Notes: generated by a model from the sequence alone, not told the origin. A DNA stretch of 64,000 nt from an uncultured Candidatus Peribacteria bacterium (GCA_964403415.1 CAYOFF010000001.1:69834-133833); one strand, 5' to 3'. Shown: positions 24,439-36,319, numbered from the stretch's first letter. Made by a program: numbers and translations.

Positions 24439-24539
24439 CAGGATACCATCTACAGCTGAGTAAAACAGCCCTCAAAAGAGTTCTTTCACCTTACTGTAAA
24501 TAGTACTCACAACACTGCTAGAAAGCAAAAATAACCTAT

Positions 24540-25547
24540 TTATTTGAGGCAGTAGTGGAGGCAACTCGCTACATGAATTTCATCTGGTTGCCATACCCTC
24601 TGATAAGGGATGCGTAGCGTCTGCGCGTAGTGAAATGGCAACAGAAAACCTTGACATTGGCTGCCATATATTTCTTGTAAGACTTCCAAAAATGCTGGAT
24701 TTTTGAGGATTCTACCTATTGCTATGACTGATGTCTTTTCTGGTAAATACTGCCTCATTCGCTTCACTAACTGGCTTATAAAGGCACGATTTGCTTCTCC
24801 GACCGTCTTTTTTGCAAAGGGATGTTCTGCCGGAGAAGTATATAAGAATGCCTCCACACCGTACTCTCTATAGATTTTTTTGAGATGGTGGAGTCCTCGG
24901 TTTACATGCTCAATAGCCCTCCACCATCCTCATTCCAGGCGCATCAGTACTGTCTTTTCATCGTACATTACCAAGAGCACGTAACTTTCCTTATGGAGAT
25001 GATATGTCAAAAACTGGCAGGTGAAATAGCTTCTTGGATACACTTGGAGGCGTTTCACCTGCTGACCTTGACCAGTCACCCCGTTTTTTCACTGGTCTTT
25101 TCCTGGATCATATTCCTGGTGCTGATGCGCCCTAAGAGCATATGAGAGTTCTGGTTGGAGCATATATATCTGTAGATCAAACTGCAGATGGCCAGTCTTT
25201 CCTAGGAGATATTTTTGGGGCTGGCCATTCACGCGTCCATGAGCAATCTCATGATGCACGTATCGCGAGTCCTGATGATGATAGGCCTTGATGTACGAAA
25301 GCTTTTCTTGGACGATTCCTTTGAGATCATGCACCGTAAATGGCGTATGCGTCTGTAATGAGACCGAAAAACAAAAATATGAAAAGCCTTCCTCACCCAA
25401 AAGCAGGATATCTTCATAGATATTAGCATGTTTACAGAACGTTTCTAGAGTCTCGTCTAGCGATGTGTACCACGTTGTCGTAGCGCACTGATCAGCATCG
25501 CACGTGTAGATTTTCCAACGTCCCGAACAATCATACAAGATACGCAT
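24540..25547 (-). CDS. Hypothetical protein (335 aa). An actin-fold (PilM/FtsA-like) ATPase is suspected.
   Basis: Fragments 25089-25547 and 24540-24857 are one frame joined by two TGA. The segment YVLLVMYDEKTVLMRLE[G]GWWRAIEHVNRGLHHL...SVIAIGRILKNPAFLEVLQEIYG resembles sugar-kinase/actin-fold phosphate motifs. This resemblance is weak. Confidence 0.45.
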
Positions 25548-25562
25548 ATGTTGCCATATCTC

Positions 25563-27008
25563 TTAGCTAAAAACTTCTCCATCCAAACGGTGTGTATAAC
25601 TACGCAAAAAATCATCAATATGTGGCGCTTTTTTAACTACTTTTTCTACTGATCCAAGCAACTGAGCATACGATCATGATTTAGGGTACACATATGTGAT
25701 CGGATCGAGCAATCCTGTTGGTCTAATAATCTGCTGCACAACGGCATCACATAATTCGAGCTCATACGGTGCTGGTGTAGCTGAAACGAAGAGCGTCTTT
25801 GTCTGTTTTTTTTGTTTCTTTTTGAGCGACTCGTGGAGATGATCTTGCCAAGACTTCCGTCAGAGTACGTATGATAGTTCTTCAAATTTTATGGGTCTAT
25901 GATGTATCGCTGTGGGGAGCCTAAATCAGTGTTCAATCAAAACCGTTTTTCTCGAAAAATCGCCTTGCGGCATGGCTCTGAGCTGTGGTAATGTCATATG
26001 AGACTCATCCACAATCAACAAAAAATCATCAGGGAAATAATCAAATAACGTATTGGGAGGAGAGCCGTCCAGTCTTTTTTCAAAATATGGCGAATAGTTT
26101 TCTATACCATTCACAAATCCTGTTTCGGCAATCATTTTGGTGTCATACAGTACTCTTTTTTGAAGTCTTTGGGCTTCTGCAAGTTTGCCTTGTTGCTCGA
26201 GTTGCTTTACTCTGACGTTCATCTCAGCCTCAATATCCATGAGAATATTTTTGACGTCTTGGAGGTCCTGCATATACTGCGTTGCGGGCCATACCGTGAT
26301 ATGATCGCGCATCTGCAAAACCTGAAACGACAACGAATCTTTGACTTGCACTAACTCAAGCCTTGTATCATTGAAAATGAGCCTATATACCACTTTCTCT
26401 GTACTTGGGTAAATGTCCAAAATCTCTCACATCGTATCAAACATACCCGCCTCTACCTTCCCTTGTACTGGCTTGTACTGTAATGCAATCAGTTGGTGTT
26501 TGAGTTCATCAAAATTATAATCCTTACCAACTTCGAGATACATTCTCTTGGTATCAAATGACTCTCTAGACCCTAATCCATACAACGCTGAGACTGAGGA
26601 AACGACTATCACATCCTGTCTAGACAACAGCGAGGCCATTGTAGATAGTCTAAACATCTCTATTTCTTTGTTTATAGTAGCCTCTTTTTCGATATATACG
26701 CCCTTCTCCGGCAAATAACTTTCTGGTTGGTAGTAGTCAAAGTATGACACAAAATAATGCACTGCGTTTTGTGGGAAAAAATATTTGAACTCCGTCGCTA
26801 ACTGCGCCGCGAGCGTTTTGTTGTGTGAGAGTACGAGTGTTGGCTTTTGAAGTTTTTGAATTACATTTGCCATCGTAAATGTTTTTCCCGTTCCCGTCGC
26901 ACCTAGCAATGTGATACGTTTTTTGTCATCAGCAAATCATGTAAGAATTTCTTCTATTGCACGCGGTTGATCACCCTGTGGGGTGTAGGAACTCATTAAT
27001 GAAAACAT
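25563..27008 (-). CDS. uvrB: UvrB-like excinuclease subunit, C-terminally truncated (481 aa; the second helicase lobe and UvrC-binding tail are missing)
   Basis: [23 protein letters not shown][G]F...[35 protein letters not shown], [G][44 protein letters not shown] follows about 45 aa later at 25565-25563. Helicase motifs IV-VI were not found in any frame downstream. Confidence 0.8.
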
Positions 27009-27022
27009 ACTCTCTTATGATC

Positions 27023-27072
27023 ATAAATATCCACGTCCTTACAGACGGGGTGTTCCCGCAGGTATAAATATC
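27023..27072 (-). promoter_or_regulatory. Copy A of a conserved ~50-nt upstream module (ends 14 nt before the uvrB ATG)
   Basis: Minus strand: GATATTTATACCTGCGGGAACACCCCGTCTGTAAGGACGTGGATATTTAT. Confidence 0.5.
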
Positions 27073-27124
27073 TCTTATCCCTGTCCGACATATTGCTTAT
27101 AGATAATCCCCAAAAAAAGTACAA

Positions 27125-27162
27125 ACAAAAAAGCGTCTTTTGGCACACAACCTCGAGACGCT
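27125..27162 (-). terminator. Intrinsic terminator after the FN3 surface-protein gene
   Basis: The minus strand has a 7-bp AGCGTCT...AGACGCT stem followed by TTTTTTGTTTGTACTTTTTTT. Confidence 0.6.
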
Positions 27163-27187
27163 TTCTTGATATTCTATCTGCCATACT

Positions 27188-28153
27188 CTAATATTCGTTT
27201 CTTCTATATCTATAAACAAAATAGACTACAACACCAATCACCATCAAACCAACAAGAATGTCTGTGGTAGCACCTACCTTTGGTGCTGTTTTTACTGGCT
27301 GTTCAGGAGCAGTCACCTTATCTATCTTTACTGTTTGGACATGTTCTTTCCCAGTTGCTGCGCCCTTACTATCTAGACCGACCATTTTCACAAAATAGTT
27401 TCCAGCTTTCGTTACCTTGAACATATACTTGCCATCTGTTGCTTTCGGCGTACCTAGTTTATCGTATGCTGTTTCTCCTTGATGTCTAATAAATATATCA
27501 GCCTTGACTGCATTCCCTCATGGTGTCCAGGTTAATGTTACGAGGTTGTTTTCATACGTATAGCTTACGTTGTTGAACACCTCGTCATTTGATGCTGTAG
27601 ATGATGCTGCAGCTGTTTTTGCTGTTTTAAAATTTACTTCTTTCTCCGTAATCATATCAAGCCCATCGTCCGTAGGATCAGCTGGATTTACAGGAGCAAC
27701 AACTGCGTAATATTGTGTGTCTGCTTTTAGTCCATCAAACTTAAGAATAACATACACTCCTGACGTACTTACCACATCCAATATCTTTTCGTTTATATCT
27801 TTAGGATCCGCTGATTGGATAGACTTGTTTGCATAATATACTCTATACTTTTCGACCGCTTTACCATCATACTTTGCTTGTGTCGTTCTTAGCATCGCCA
27901 TAACGTCAGTTGTAGAATCTACGAAAAGTTCTACCTTAGGATCTGAATAACTCCATTTACTCTTGTCGACCGCGTTCGCAGCACTGTGTGTATCATCTTG
28001 TACTTCACTGTTAATTTCGTCAAAGAGTGAGTCCAATCCATCTCAACTACCCGAGCCACCACTCTGTGCGAATGCGACCACAGGAGCTAGAAATACAGAA
28101 ATCGTAAAGAGGCTAGCAACAGCCAGGTTCATTGTTTTGGATGTCATGAGCAT
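27188..28153 (-). CDS. Secreted fibronectin-type-III-like repeat protein with a C-terminal TM anchor
   Basis: One frame from ATG 28153 (alternative 28132) to TAG 27190-27188. Signal peptide MNLAVASLFTISVFLAPVVAFA. FN3-like ...YRVYYANKS...DTQYYAVVAPVNP... and ...VTLTWTP[G]GNA.... C-terminus APKVGATTDILVGLMVIGVVVYFVYRYRRNEY. Confidence 0.7.
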
Positions 28154-28375
28154 GAAAAGAAGGAATAAACATCGGAAAGACACTATGATTGAATAGTATA
28201 CAAAAAATGCTGTATTGCAAATTTTTGATTGTTTTTGCGGCTGATATAGCTAAAGTGAGTGTGTAGTCGTAAGAGACGCTTCATACAAGCTATTTAACGC
28301 TACCTAGCATCTCTGCGTCGCGCACAATTGCGTTGACATATCATACTGAGGTTTTATTCTTTGTTTCTCGTTTGT

Positions 28376-28930
28376 ATGCAATTCACAGAACTTAAACATG
28401 CCTGCGAAAAAACTGTTGAACATCTTTCGGACAGTTTCAGAACTATTCAACTTGGCAGAGCTTCTACCGGTCTCGTTGAAAATATAGATGTATATGTGCA
28501 CTCATGGGGTATGACACAAAAGATCAGCCAAGTATGAAACATTACCATTATGGATGCTCAGACAATCAAAATAGAACCATGGGACAAAAAAGTTATCAGC
28601 GATATTGAAAAAGGCATTTATGATTCATGACTTGGATTTTCTCCACTAAATCATGGCGACTACATTCTTATCAAGGTACCACCACTGACTCAAGAGAGAA
28701 GAAAAGACATGACCAAAATTGTGGCTAAGGACGGGGAGGAGGCTAAGATAGCGCTTAGAAATCATAGACATGAATCCCTCAGAGCACTCAAAACTCAGTT
28801 CGAAGCCAAGGAAATTTCGGAGACGGAAAAGGGTATACAGGAAAAAAATATTGATGAACTCATCAAGGAGTACAACGTGAGGATAGATGAAATGGTCAAA
28901 CACAAAACTGAAGAAATCATGACCATCTAA
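28376..28930 (+). CDS. frr: Ribosome recycling factor
   Basis: MQFTELKHACEKTVEHLSDSFRTIQLGRASTGLVENIDV...PPLTQERRKDMTKIVAKDGEEAKIALRNHRHESL... colinear with RRF over 184 aa; TAA at 28928-28930. Confidence 0.9.
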
Positions 28931-28967
28931 AGCATATATCGCGATATTGTACCGTTCTCAAAATTTG

Positions 28968-29017
28968 CCCTTTTCCTTCGTCATGGATATACTCTGTGTG
29001 ACGGAAAAGGGTTTTTG
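28968..29017 (+). terminator. Strong hairpin plus T-run after frr
   Basis: CCCTTTTCC(TTC)GTCA-loop-TGACGGAAAAGGG followed by TTTTT. It lies only about 20 nt before the next ATG. Confidence 0.6.
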
Positions 29018-29038
29018 TTTCTCGAAGTTTGACGCATT

Positions 29039-32000
29039 ATGTGAAAAAGAATGGAAACGTTACCAGATCAGCATAGTAATGTAACTGAGGTCAGAAATGC
29101 CATTGGTAATTTTTTGATTGGTTATATTGAGTGAAAATCTAACTCACAAGATCGTCTTTTTTCGCTACTCCAAAGCAAGAGAGAGGAGTTTTGCTCTAGT
29201 CATGATGTCGAACTTATTCTTCCCTTTGTAATACGTATCTTTGAATTTACCAATGGAGAACATCTCAAGACAAAATCTCAACTCGATGTAGTGTCTGAGT
29301 TATACACTCAGCTCAAGGCACTCAGCCATAACATCAATACCATTGCTATGCAGCTCAAGACATCTCTCGACCAATACGAATCTCATGCTCACCAAATGGC
29401 TGTTGTTCGAGAGATAAAAATGTCGTGATACATAAATCGAGTAAAGAGTATTTTCTGAGACAAGAGTAGTGATCGTATCCAACAGGGACGATCCACACTC
29501 TATCAGACATTATTTTTTTACATTAGCAAACAATCTTCTCGAGAAGATGTCGTAGCGGCTATGCAACACCTTAGTAGCTGTGTTGATGAGCTTGGACTAG
29601 ATGCGATCGAGCAATGATTTAGATGACTCTTATGACCTACAGCAACCCCACCAGATATGCGCCTCAAAGACTTTGTCTTTACCGTGTTTAGAGAGCGCAT
29701 GTATGGCTCTCAAGAGAGTCTTGATCACAAGCTCGGTATCAAACAAGAGGTACGCAATCTTAAGAAACTACTATGACAGATCTTCCATCAACACGTCAAC
29801 TTGCAATATGACGAACCTCACTATTATTTGCCGCAGTGATTCCAACAGTATTTTTCTCCCGAAATGGCGGATTGGCGGCATACTCAACACAAGCTAAACA
29901 ACTTTTCGACCAGGACCAATATATCTCTAACAAAGGAGCAGTTACGAACCCTTATTGATGCTATATGTAGATCTGTATATAGGATGGCCATACATGATAA
30001 TAACAAAAGCTCGCTCAGGATGGGCGCCTATCTCAAACAACACTTTTTTTCTTATCTTGCGTCAGCAATTCCAAAATATGCGATATTGGAGAAAAAGATA
30101 TCATCGTCTGCGCAGACCTTTGATGATATTTTTTCAGTATTTTTTCATCACATCCAACGTGCTGACAGTAGTATAGCGAAAATATATACTGATACGACAT
30201 TCAAAAAAACGCTTACACACCAACTTGTTGCGTGACTCCTAAGGATGGAAGTTTCTGATTGATCTGCAGTAGACAACACACTTCACGCGACCTATGGAGA
30301 TACGTTTTCCATAGACCTACATACGCAAGAGATATTCAAAAACAAAAATATTTCCCTTATGGACTTCACTGTAGACATGCTTGATCTTGATACAACTGAC
30401 ATTAAGGTTCTTTTGTACGCTATGATTTGTCCCAAAAAACATACAGAGATCAATGCGGCACACCCACTACCATCTCCTGATGATTTGTATGCGTTACCAC
30501 CTTGAGAGCAGAACCTCAGCACTCTTCTTCTCACCGAAAAGTGATGTCGTTATCTTTCTCGCGCCTTCAATGCTGCTATAGATCGACACTGTTTTCACTC
30601 GTACGGTCTACATGCAGGCGAGGTGTATGCCAATAAAACACTACAAAGAGACCTCCATATAGATGGTTCCTCTTATCCCTATGTATTTAAGACGACTGAT
30701 GACGTTCTTGCGATATTTGCATGAATGTACCACTGAAAAGCATTGGGAGCATACGATGCACATCACCTTTCTGAATATCTTGGTGTCATGCGCTGTTTTC
30801 TTCATGTTGCTGCATGGCAAGGATTGAGTACAGACAGAGCAGTAAGCCAGAACCTCATATGCACTTACGAAGAAATATTTTCCACAGAACTTCATAGGCA
30901 AAACAACGTACAATCGTTTTCTCAAGAAACATTTCCAAAATTAGATCTTTTTAGTCCAAATGGAAAACGTATTGAGTTCGAAGAGTGAGTCAACGACCGT
31001 AGAGATACACGACAGTTCAATAATACCATCGTTTGATGAAGCGGAATCCTTACTGTTTACTCGTGAAGAGTAAAAGGACTCACAAGTTCTGTTAAAAAAA
31101 TGATGAATGATCCTCAATACAAACGTCTTGCAAAAATGTGAGACACTATTGCAAATCGTTTTGAAGTCACATGATCAGAGGACCCTGATGACGTTCTTAC
31201 TATATTTTGTCACACATTTATTCGTCTCTGCGACACTTCTGGACTTGAGAATCTTTCTGATTGATGATTTTCAACTATCCGCATCAAATGATCGCATATG
31301 CTTAAACTCATCAAAGATTTTTTGGATCCAGATAATACAGCATACCGTGATCATATTTTTGAGAAAGCATGCATAGACACCGAGTTATCCGAAGATAAAA
31401 TCGCAGTCCTTATCACGCAATTACAAAAACGATATAATGATGCTGTTTCAAAATCAACAAATGGTATCATTAATGGCAAAACGTGATGAGAACTAGACGA
31501 GATTAAATTTACTAGGAAAGAATGACACGAGTATGTGTTTATGCACTATGGTGCCGAAAAAAGATGATATCTCTTTCATGCATTCTATAATCTCAAAAAA
31601 GTTATTGATAGCGACCTGAGGGTCAATAATCATATTCATCGATCTCAGGTTATGCAGTCCATGCGTGTGGAGCTTAAGCATGGAGTCAGGGCGGTTGCAT
31701 CGTGACTTATGAAACTCTATTCTGATAGTTTTATTCATACGAGAGTGGTGGAGTATGCCATAAAGACCGTCCTCATGCAACAGATCGTAAATGACTATTA
31801 CGGATCGCTGGCACCGGTAAGGCGCACTCCATTCTTTGATGAGATGGAAGAAAGAGCCCACTCTTATCGAGAAGACATCTCCCAAGTATATGCATATGGA
31901 AACAGTATTCCAGATTCACTCCTTGATTACCAAAATAATCTTCTCGACAAAAGGCTTCTACACCTTATGACGCACATCGCCCGTCAGAGAGTAGACTATC

Positions 32001-32119
32001 AACTTGATGATGAAACATATTGATCTACCAAGGTAGACATAAACATTTTAAACACGTATGTTCATCTCTATCAGTACCGAAAAAAATCTACAAAAAAAAC
32101 GCCCAGAGGAACCACCTAG
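29039..32119 (+). CDS. Large orphan cytoplasmic protein (1026 aa), no recognised domain
   Basis: Track fragments 29864, 30743, 31298 and 31709 share frame 2. I checked every line from ATG 29039 (alternative 29051) to TAG 32117-32119 and only TGA interrupts. No TM helix or signal peptide was seen. Confidence 0.75.
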
Positions 32120-32137
32120 TACTCGTATATTCATATT

Positions 32138-33223
32138 CTACCGCTCCATCACAATACTTTCTTTTTGTGAGGTTTTGTGACGAAAGATTGTGTGAAGAAG
32201 TTTTCTTTTGAGATGAGCAGCGACTCATGCGTGTATTTCCTCTTTTTTTGTAGGATCTTGTTTGATTTCTCAGCGCAACAGCTTGTAGTTATTACGATCT
32301 CGCGGGACATCTTTGATCAATAATGTTTCCTGAGCACTCATCATACACTCCTCTGAGCAGAATCACATATGTTTACGATACTCTTTTTGGTCACAGATAA
32401 TGCGTGCATTACACGGACTGTATCTACAATTTTCGTAGTTGTCTGTTGGCTGATCGGTATAGATGCATTTGCCGATCGTTACGTGTGTTTTTTTATCTCC
32501 CACCGGCGCACTTACTCTCCCATCAAACGTGTAGAGGTTCCCAAGTCGGTTCCCATCATTGTGTGTATTCACATACTTTACTACACCGCCATCCAGTGCG
32601 TAGACATTTTGCATTCCTTCTTTGGCAAGGAGCGCTGAAAGTTTTTCGCATCTTATTCATCCTGTACAGTACATCACGACCTTTTTGTCTCCGAGCTTTT
32701 CTTTGTATTTTTTGATGAGACTTTTTACTTCTCTAAAATTTATTGTTCCAGCAGGTATAGCATGTTTAAAATGACCGAGCTGATATTCAAAATCATTACG
32801 CATATCTAGGACTGTTATACTTTCTGGGGCTTTGTCTAAAATATTTTTAAACTCATCTATACGTATTTCTTTGTGAGACTGTTCGATCATCTTTTGATTT
32901 ACCACCTCTCAGAGGGCAACAATTTCTTTGCGATACTTTACTATCATCTTTTCGAAGCAGTGCCCGTCTACCATCGTTGCTTTGGTGTCTATGTCCGGAA
33001 TATCCTTAAAATATTTACTTGCTGCTAGATACAGTTTGTATGCCTGGATTTGTCAGATATTTCATGTCACCGTTGCGCTAATTCATTCTTCGCCTATATA
33101 TATTCTTCACTTCATGCCAATATCTTCACAGAACTGTTTGTGTTCTGCTACTTCTGCATGCGGATCTTGAATATCCACAAATGCATAAAAGGTAAGAAGC
33201 GTATATGTCTTCGCCGACTTCAT
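32138..33223 (-). CDS. trhO: Rhodanese-domain tRNA uridine(34) hydroxylase (YceA/TrhO family)
   Basis: N-terminal LLTFYAFVDIQDP...GRIYIGEE[G]ISATVT[G]. Rhodanese active-site loop VVMYCTG[G]IRCEK. ATG 33223-33221, TAG 32140-32138. Confidence 0.8.
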
Positions 33224-33420
33224 TGTTGTAAGCACACCTACTAAAATAAGACAGAATGTATCTAAAATAGCTCAAAATACAATATTTACTACAAAAGCTT
33301 CCTATATTTTGCGCCAGCCTTTCGATTGAGATTACTCTACAAAACAATACAGAGTATTAGAACGTGCAATATGTGTACGCGCAGTTTGTGTCTATAGACA
33401 TCCCTATCTGTGAGGTTATA

Positions 33421-33470
33421 GATATTTATACTTGCGAGAACACCAAGCCTGTAAAGGCATGGATATTTAT
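33421..33470 (+). promoter_or_regulatory. Copy B of the module (ends 15 nt before the preferred ALDH ATG)
   Basis: GATATTTATACTTGCGAGAACACCAAGCCTGTAAAGGCATGGATATTTAT. Identical to copy A at 42 of 50 positions. Confidence 0.5.
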
Positions 33471-33485
33471 TCGTCACCACGCTTC

Positions 33486-34880
33486 ATGCCTGTACTTATA
33501 TCAACCAATCCGGCGGCTGCATTTTTGCCACTTGGCGAAGTCCATGTATCTACGGACAGCGACATCATTCGTGCCGCTCTGGATGCACGCACTGCTTTGC
33601 CAGAGCGAAAACATCTTGGTGTAGCAGGAAGAGTTCGTGCCCTCAGAAGAGTGTTTGAAATATACATTGCCCATGAAGAAGAACTTGCTACTCTCATTAC
33701 CAAAGAAGTTGGAAAGCCTATTTTACAGAGCAAGTTTGACCTTGCCACAGATAAAGAGTATTTTGGTTGGTACTTGGACAATACTGAATCCATTCTCTCT
33801 CCTCGCACCACATATGAAGATGAAAATGAACTACATAGGCTCTTTTTTGAACCGCTTGGCGTTGCAGTTGCAATTTCACCCCGAAATTTCCCTAGCATGC
33901 TCTTTGTACGACAAGTTATTCCTTTGCTTTTGGCTGGAAATACTGTTCTTTTCAAACATTCCCACGAATGTCCCCTCGTAGGCAAACTACTCCAGGATAT
34001 TTTTCAGGCGGCAAGTATTCCTCACTGAGTTTTCACGCACATTGTTGGCGAGTGATCGTCCGCATGAAAACTCCTTCTTGAACAAAATATAGATTGTATT
34101 TCATTTACTGGCAGCACTTCTACGGGAGCACACATTAGAAATACCGCATCACTTAAAGGTATTCCGGCAATTACTGAACTTTGATGATCTGCCCCGGGAA
34201 TCGTTGCTCCAGATGCCGATATTTCTACTGTTGTGGACGCAGTGTGGTTCTACAGGTATTTCAATAACGGACAGATTTGTGACTGACTCAAGAGACTACT
34301 CGTGCATCAGTCTAGATTTCAGGAGGTATGTGATGCTATTACTGCAATGCTGCAGACCAAACATATTTGAGACCCCCTTGATGAACGTACAGATTTTGGA
34401 TCACTTGTCTCAGCTAAACAAGTTTCCCTCCTCCAAGCCCAGCTCCATGATGCACGCACACGCGGGGCTCACATCCATGAAATATGACACATTCCGGAGT
34501 CTTGCACATGAGCATTTGTTCTCCCAAGCATTATCACAAATGTTACGAGCGATATGCGCATATGGAGTGAAGAGGTCTTCTGACCTGCGCTACCTATTGT
34601 TTCATATAACACTCTTGATGAGGCTATTATGCTTGCCAACAAAACAGATTTTTGACTCTGAGCGTACCTCTTCACACATGATCCCTCTGTCATCGATCGT
34701 TGCTCAGACGAGCTTGAAACAAATATGCTTAGTATCAATTGAACAAATTATTGTAGACCACGAAATCCTTTTGGCGGACGCAAACAGTCTTGACTCTGAT
34801 CAGAACATGGTCACCTGTGACTTTATGAACTCGTGCATAGTAAAATCATCACCACTACCAAAACATCTCCAAAAACATAA
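33486..34880 (+). CDS. NAD(P)-dependent aldehyde dehydrogenase
   Basis: PLGVAVAISPRNFP, KHSHECP, FTGSTSTG, TEL[G][G]SAPG, FNNGQICD[G]LKR, EEVF[G]PALP, PFGGRKQS[G]L[G]SEHG. TAA at 34878-34880. In-frame alternative starts at 33459 and 33432 lie inside the upstream repeat module, so 33486 is preferred. Confidence 0.85.
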
Positions 34881-34926
34881 TTACTTCTTTACTAGCACAT
34901 AGCTTCACTCTGTTTTGTATACTCGC

Positions 34927-35505
34927 ATGATTTCTCTCCTCATTATCAACAACCATACATTACATCTTGCAGAACTACAGCACCTACTCGAGCACATTCG
35001 TACAACTTCTGGCATTGCACTACATTCGGACGTGATCGACTATAATACCACAAATCTCTTATCAATATCACAAGGCTACGATGCAATTATGCTTACATGA
35101 AGCAGCGAACACAGCCGAAATGATGCGATGTATACTACAGAGTATCAGCTCATCCTAACCACCACCAAACCGATTTTGTGAATATGCCTGTGATGTCAGC
35201 TCATTGCTGCAGCCTATGGATCATCACTACACTATCTGCCCGCCAAAAGATCTGGCCCGACCGACATTACACTACTAGAGACGGGCCAGCATCTCATCGT
35301 CCAAGAGGCTCACCACCGAGCCATTACCGCTCTTGGTAGAGGACTTGTTGGCGTCGCTTCATCTGACGATGGACGAGAGATTATTAAACACCACAAACAA
35401 CCACAATACGGATTACAGTGGCATCCTGAGCTTTCTCATACCATATGATATACTGTAATTTCTGATTTTCTTCGTTTTTCAAAACAACAACCAAACCATG
35501 GTTAA
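34927..35505 (+). CDS. Stand-alone class I glutamine amidotransferase-like protein (192 aa)
   Basis: Nucleophile elbow IL[G]ICL[G]CQLIAAAYG and YGLQWHPE. TAA at 35503-35505. Confidence 0.7.
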
Positions 35506-35544
35506 CCTAATAATAGGTGCTTTTGTAAACAAACCCTCAGGAGC

Positions 35545-35675
35545 ATATATTTATGCCTACGAAAATACCCCTCCTGTGAGGGAAGTGATGAGAGCTAACG
35601 GCGTAGCACTTCTTCTTACGAAGTTTGAAGAAGTTCGTAGGTAAATACCACGCCCTTACGGGCGTGGATATTTAT
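35545..35675 (+). promoter_or_regulatory. Copy E, an expanded variant in a convergent gap. The module halves are separated by about 70 nt containing two more hairpins.
   Basis: 5' half ATATATTTATGCCTACGAAAATACCCCTCCTGTGAGGGA. Insert with CTTACGAA...TTCGTAGG and CCACGCCC-TTAC-GGGCGTGG hairpins. 3' half GGGCGTGGATATTTAT, which overlaps the phosphatase stop codon. Confidence 0.4.
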
Positions 35676-36262
35676 AGGTATGAAATTTCGTTTCGACTCT
35701 CAAGATCGTACTCACCATTGTTATAAGAAACAATGCTACATGAGGCAACCGCCACATCAAACTTTTCATGATCAGCTAGATCTCCTTTCAATAGAACACG
35801 CATGAGGGCCCTAAGACATCACTTGTGTGTCACAATCACTACACATTTTTTTCATAACGACACAATATTATTGAGCTCAAGGAGCAGTCTATTTTCCATA
35901 TCCTCTCGTGACTCCGCCTCTGGCGGCGCAAATTTATACCTTTCTTCGATATTCATCGGAGATAAACGATCTTTAACTTCCTCTCGTTCACACCCTCATC
36001 GCTCGCCCCATTTTCTTTCTTGAAAATTCTCTATAATTACTGGCTCTATGCCCACCATATCAGCTATATGTCATGCTGTCTGTACTGCTCTTATTTTGGG
36101 CGAGCACACAATATAGTCCGGCATTTCCTGTTCTAGACGCTTTGCCAAACGAAGAGCTTGTTGATGTCAGAGTTCTGTAAGTTCTGTGTCATCATTTACG
36201 GTTTTCCCCTCCACTCTAGCATTATTATAACTTTCGGCATGTCTTACAAAAATAATACGCAT
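35672..36262 (-). CDS. Histidine phosphatase (phosphoglycerate-mutase-like) family protein
   Basis: MRIIFVRHAESYNN (RHG motif variant), LTEL[G]HQQA, CSPKIRAVQTA, VIVTHK[G]CLRAL. ATG 36262-36260, TAA 35674-35672. Confidence 0.75.
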
Positions 36263-36276
36263 ACCCTTGCTTGAAA

Positions 36277-36319
36277 ATAAATATCCGCCCGAAGTTCCGC
36301 ACACAATTAGAGATATTTT
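36277..36319 (-). promoter_or_regulatory. Copy D, a shorter variant of the module (ends 14 nt before the histidine phosphatase ATG)
   Basis: Minus strand: AAAATATCTCTAATTGTGTGCGGAACTTCGGGCGGATATTTAT. Confidence 0.4.

Noticed and set aside
24439-24714. Upstream in-frame ATGs (24594, 24657) that would extend the PKD giant.
   Set aside because: They overlap the 3' end of the upstream gene (stop at 24540). The ATG at 24438 is immediately followed by a canonical signal peptide.
34204-34902. A 232-aa plus-strand ORF in another frame inside the ALDH gene.
   Set aside because: The ALDH frame carries all family motifs through this region. The alternative frame has none and exists only because TGA breaks the true frame in the standard code.
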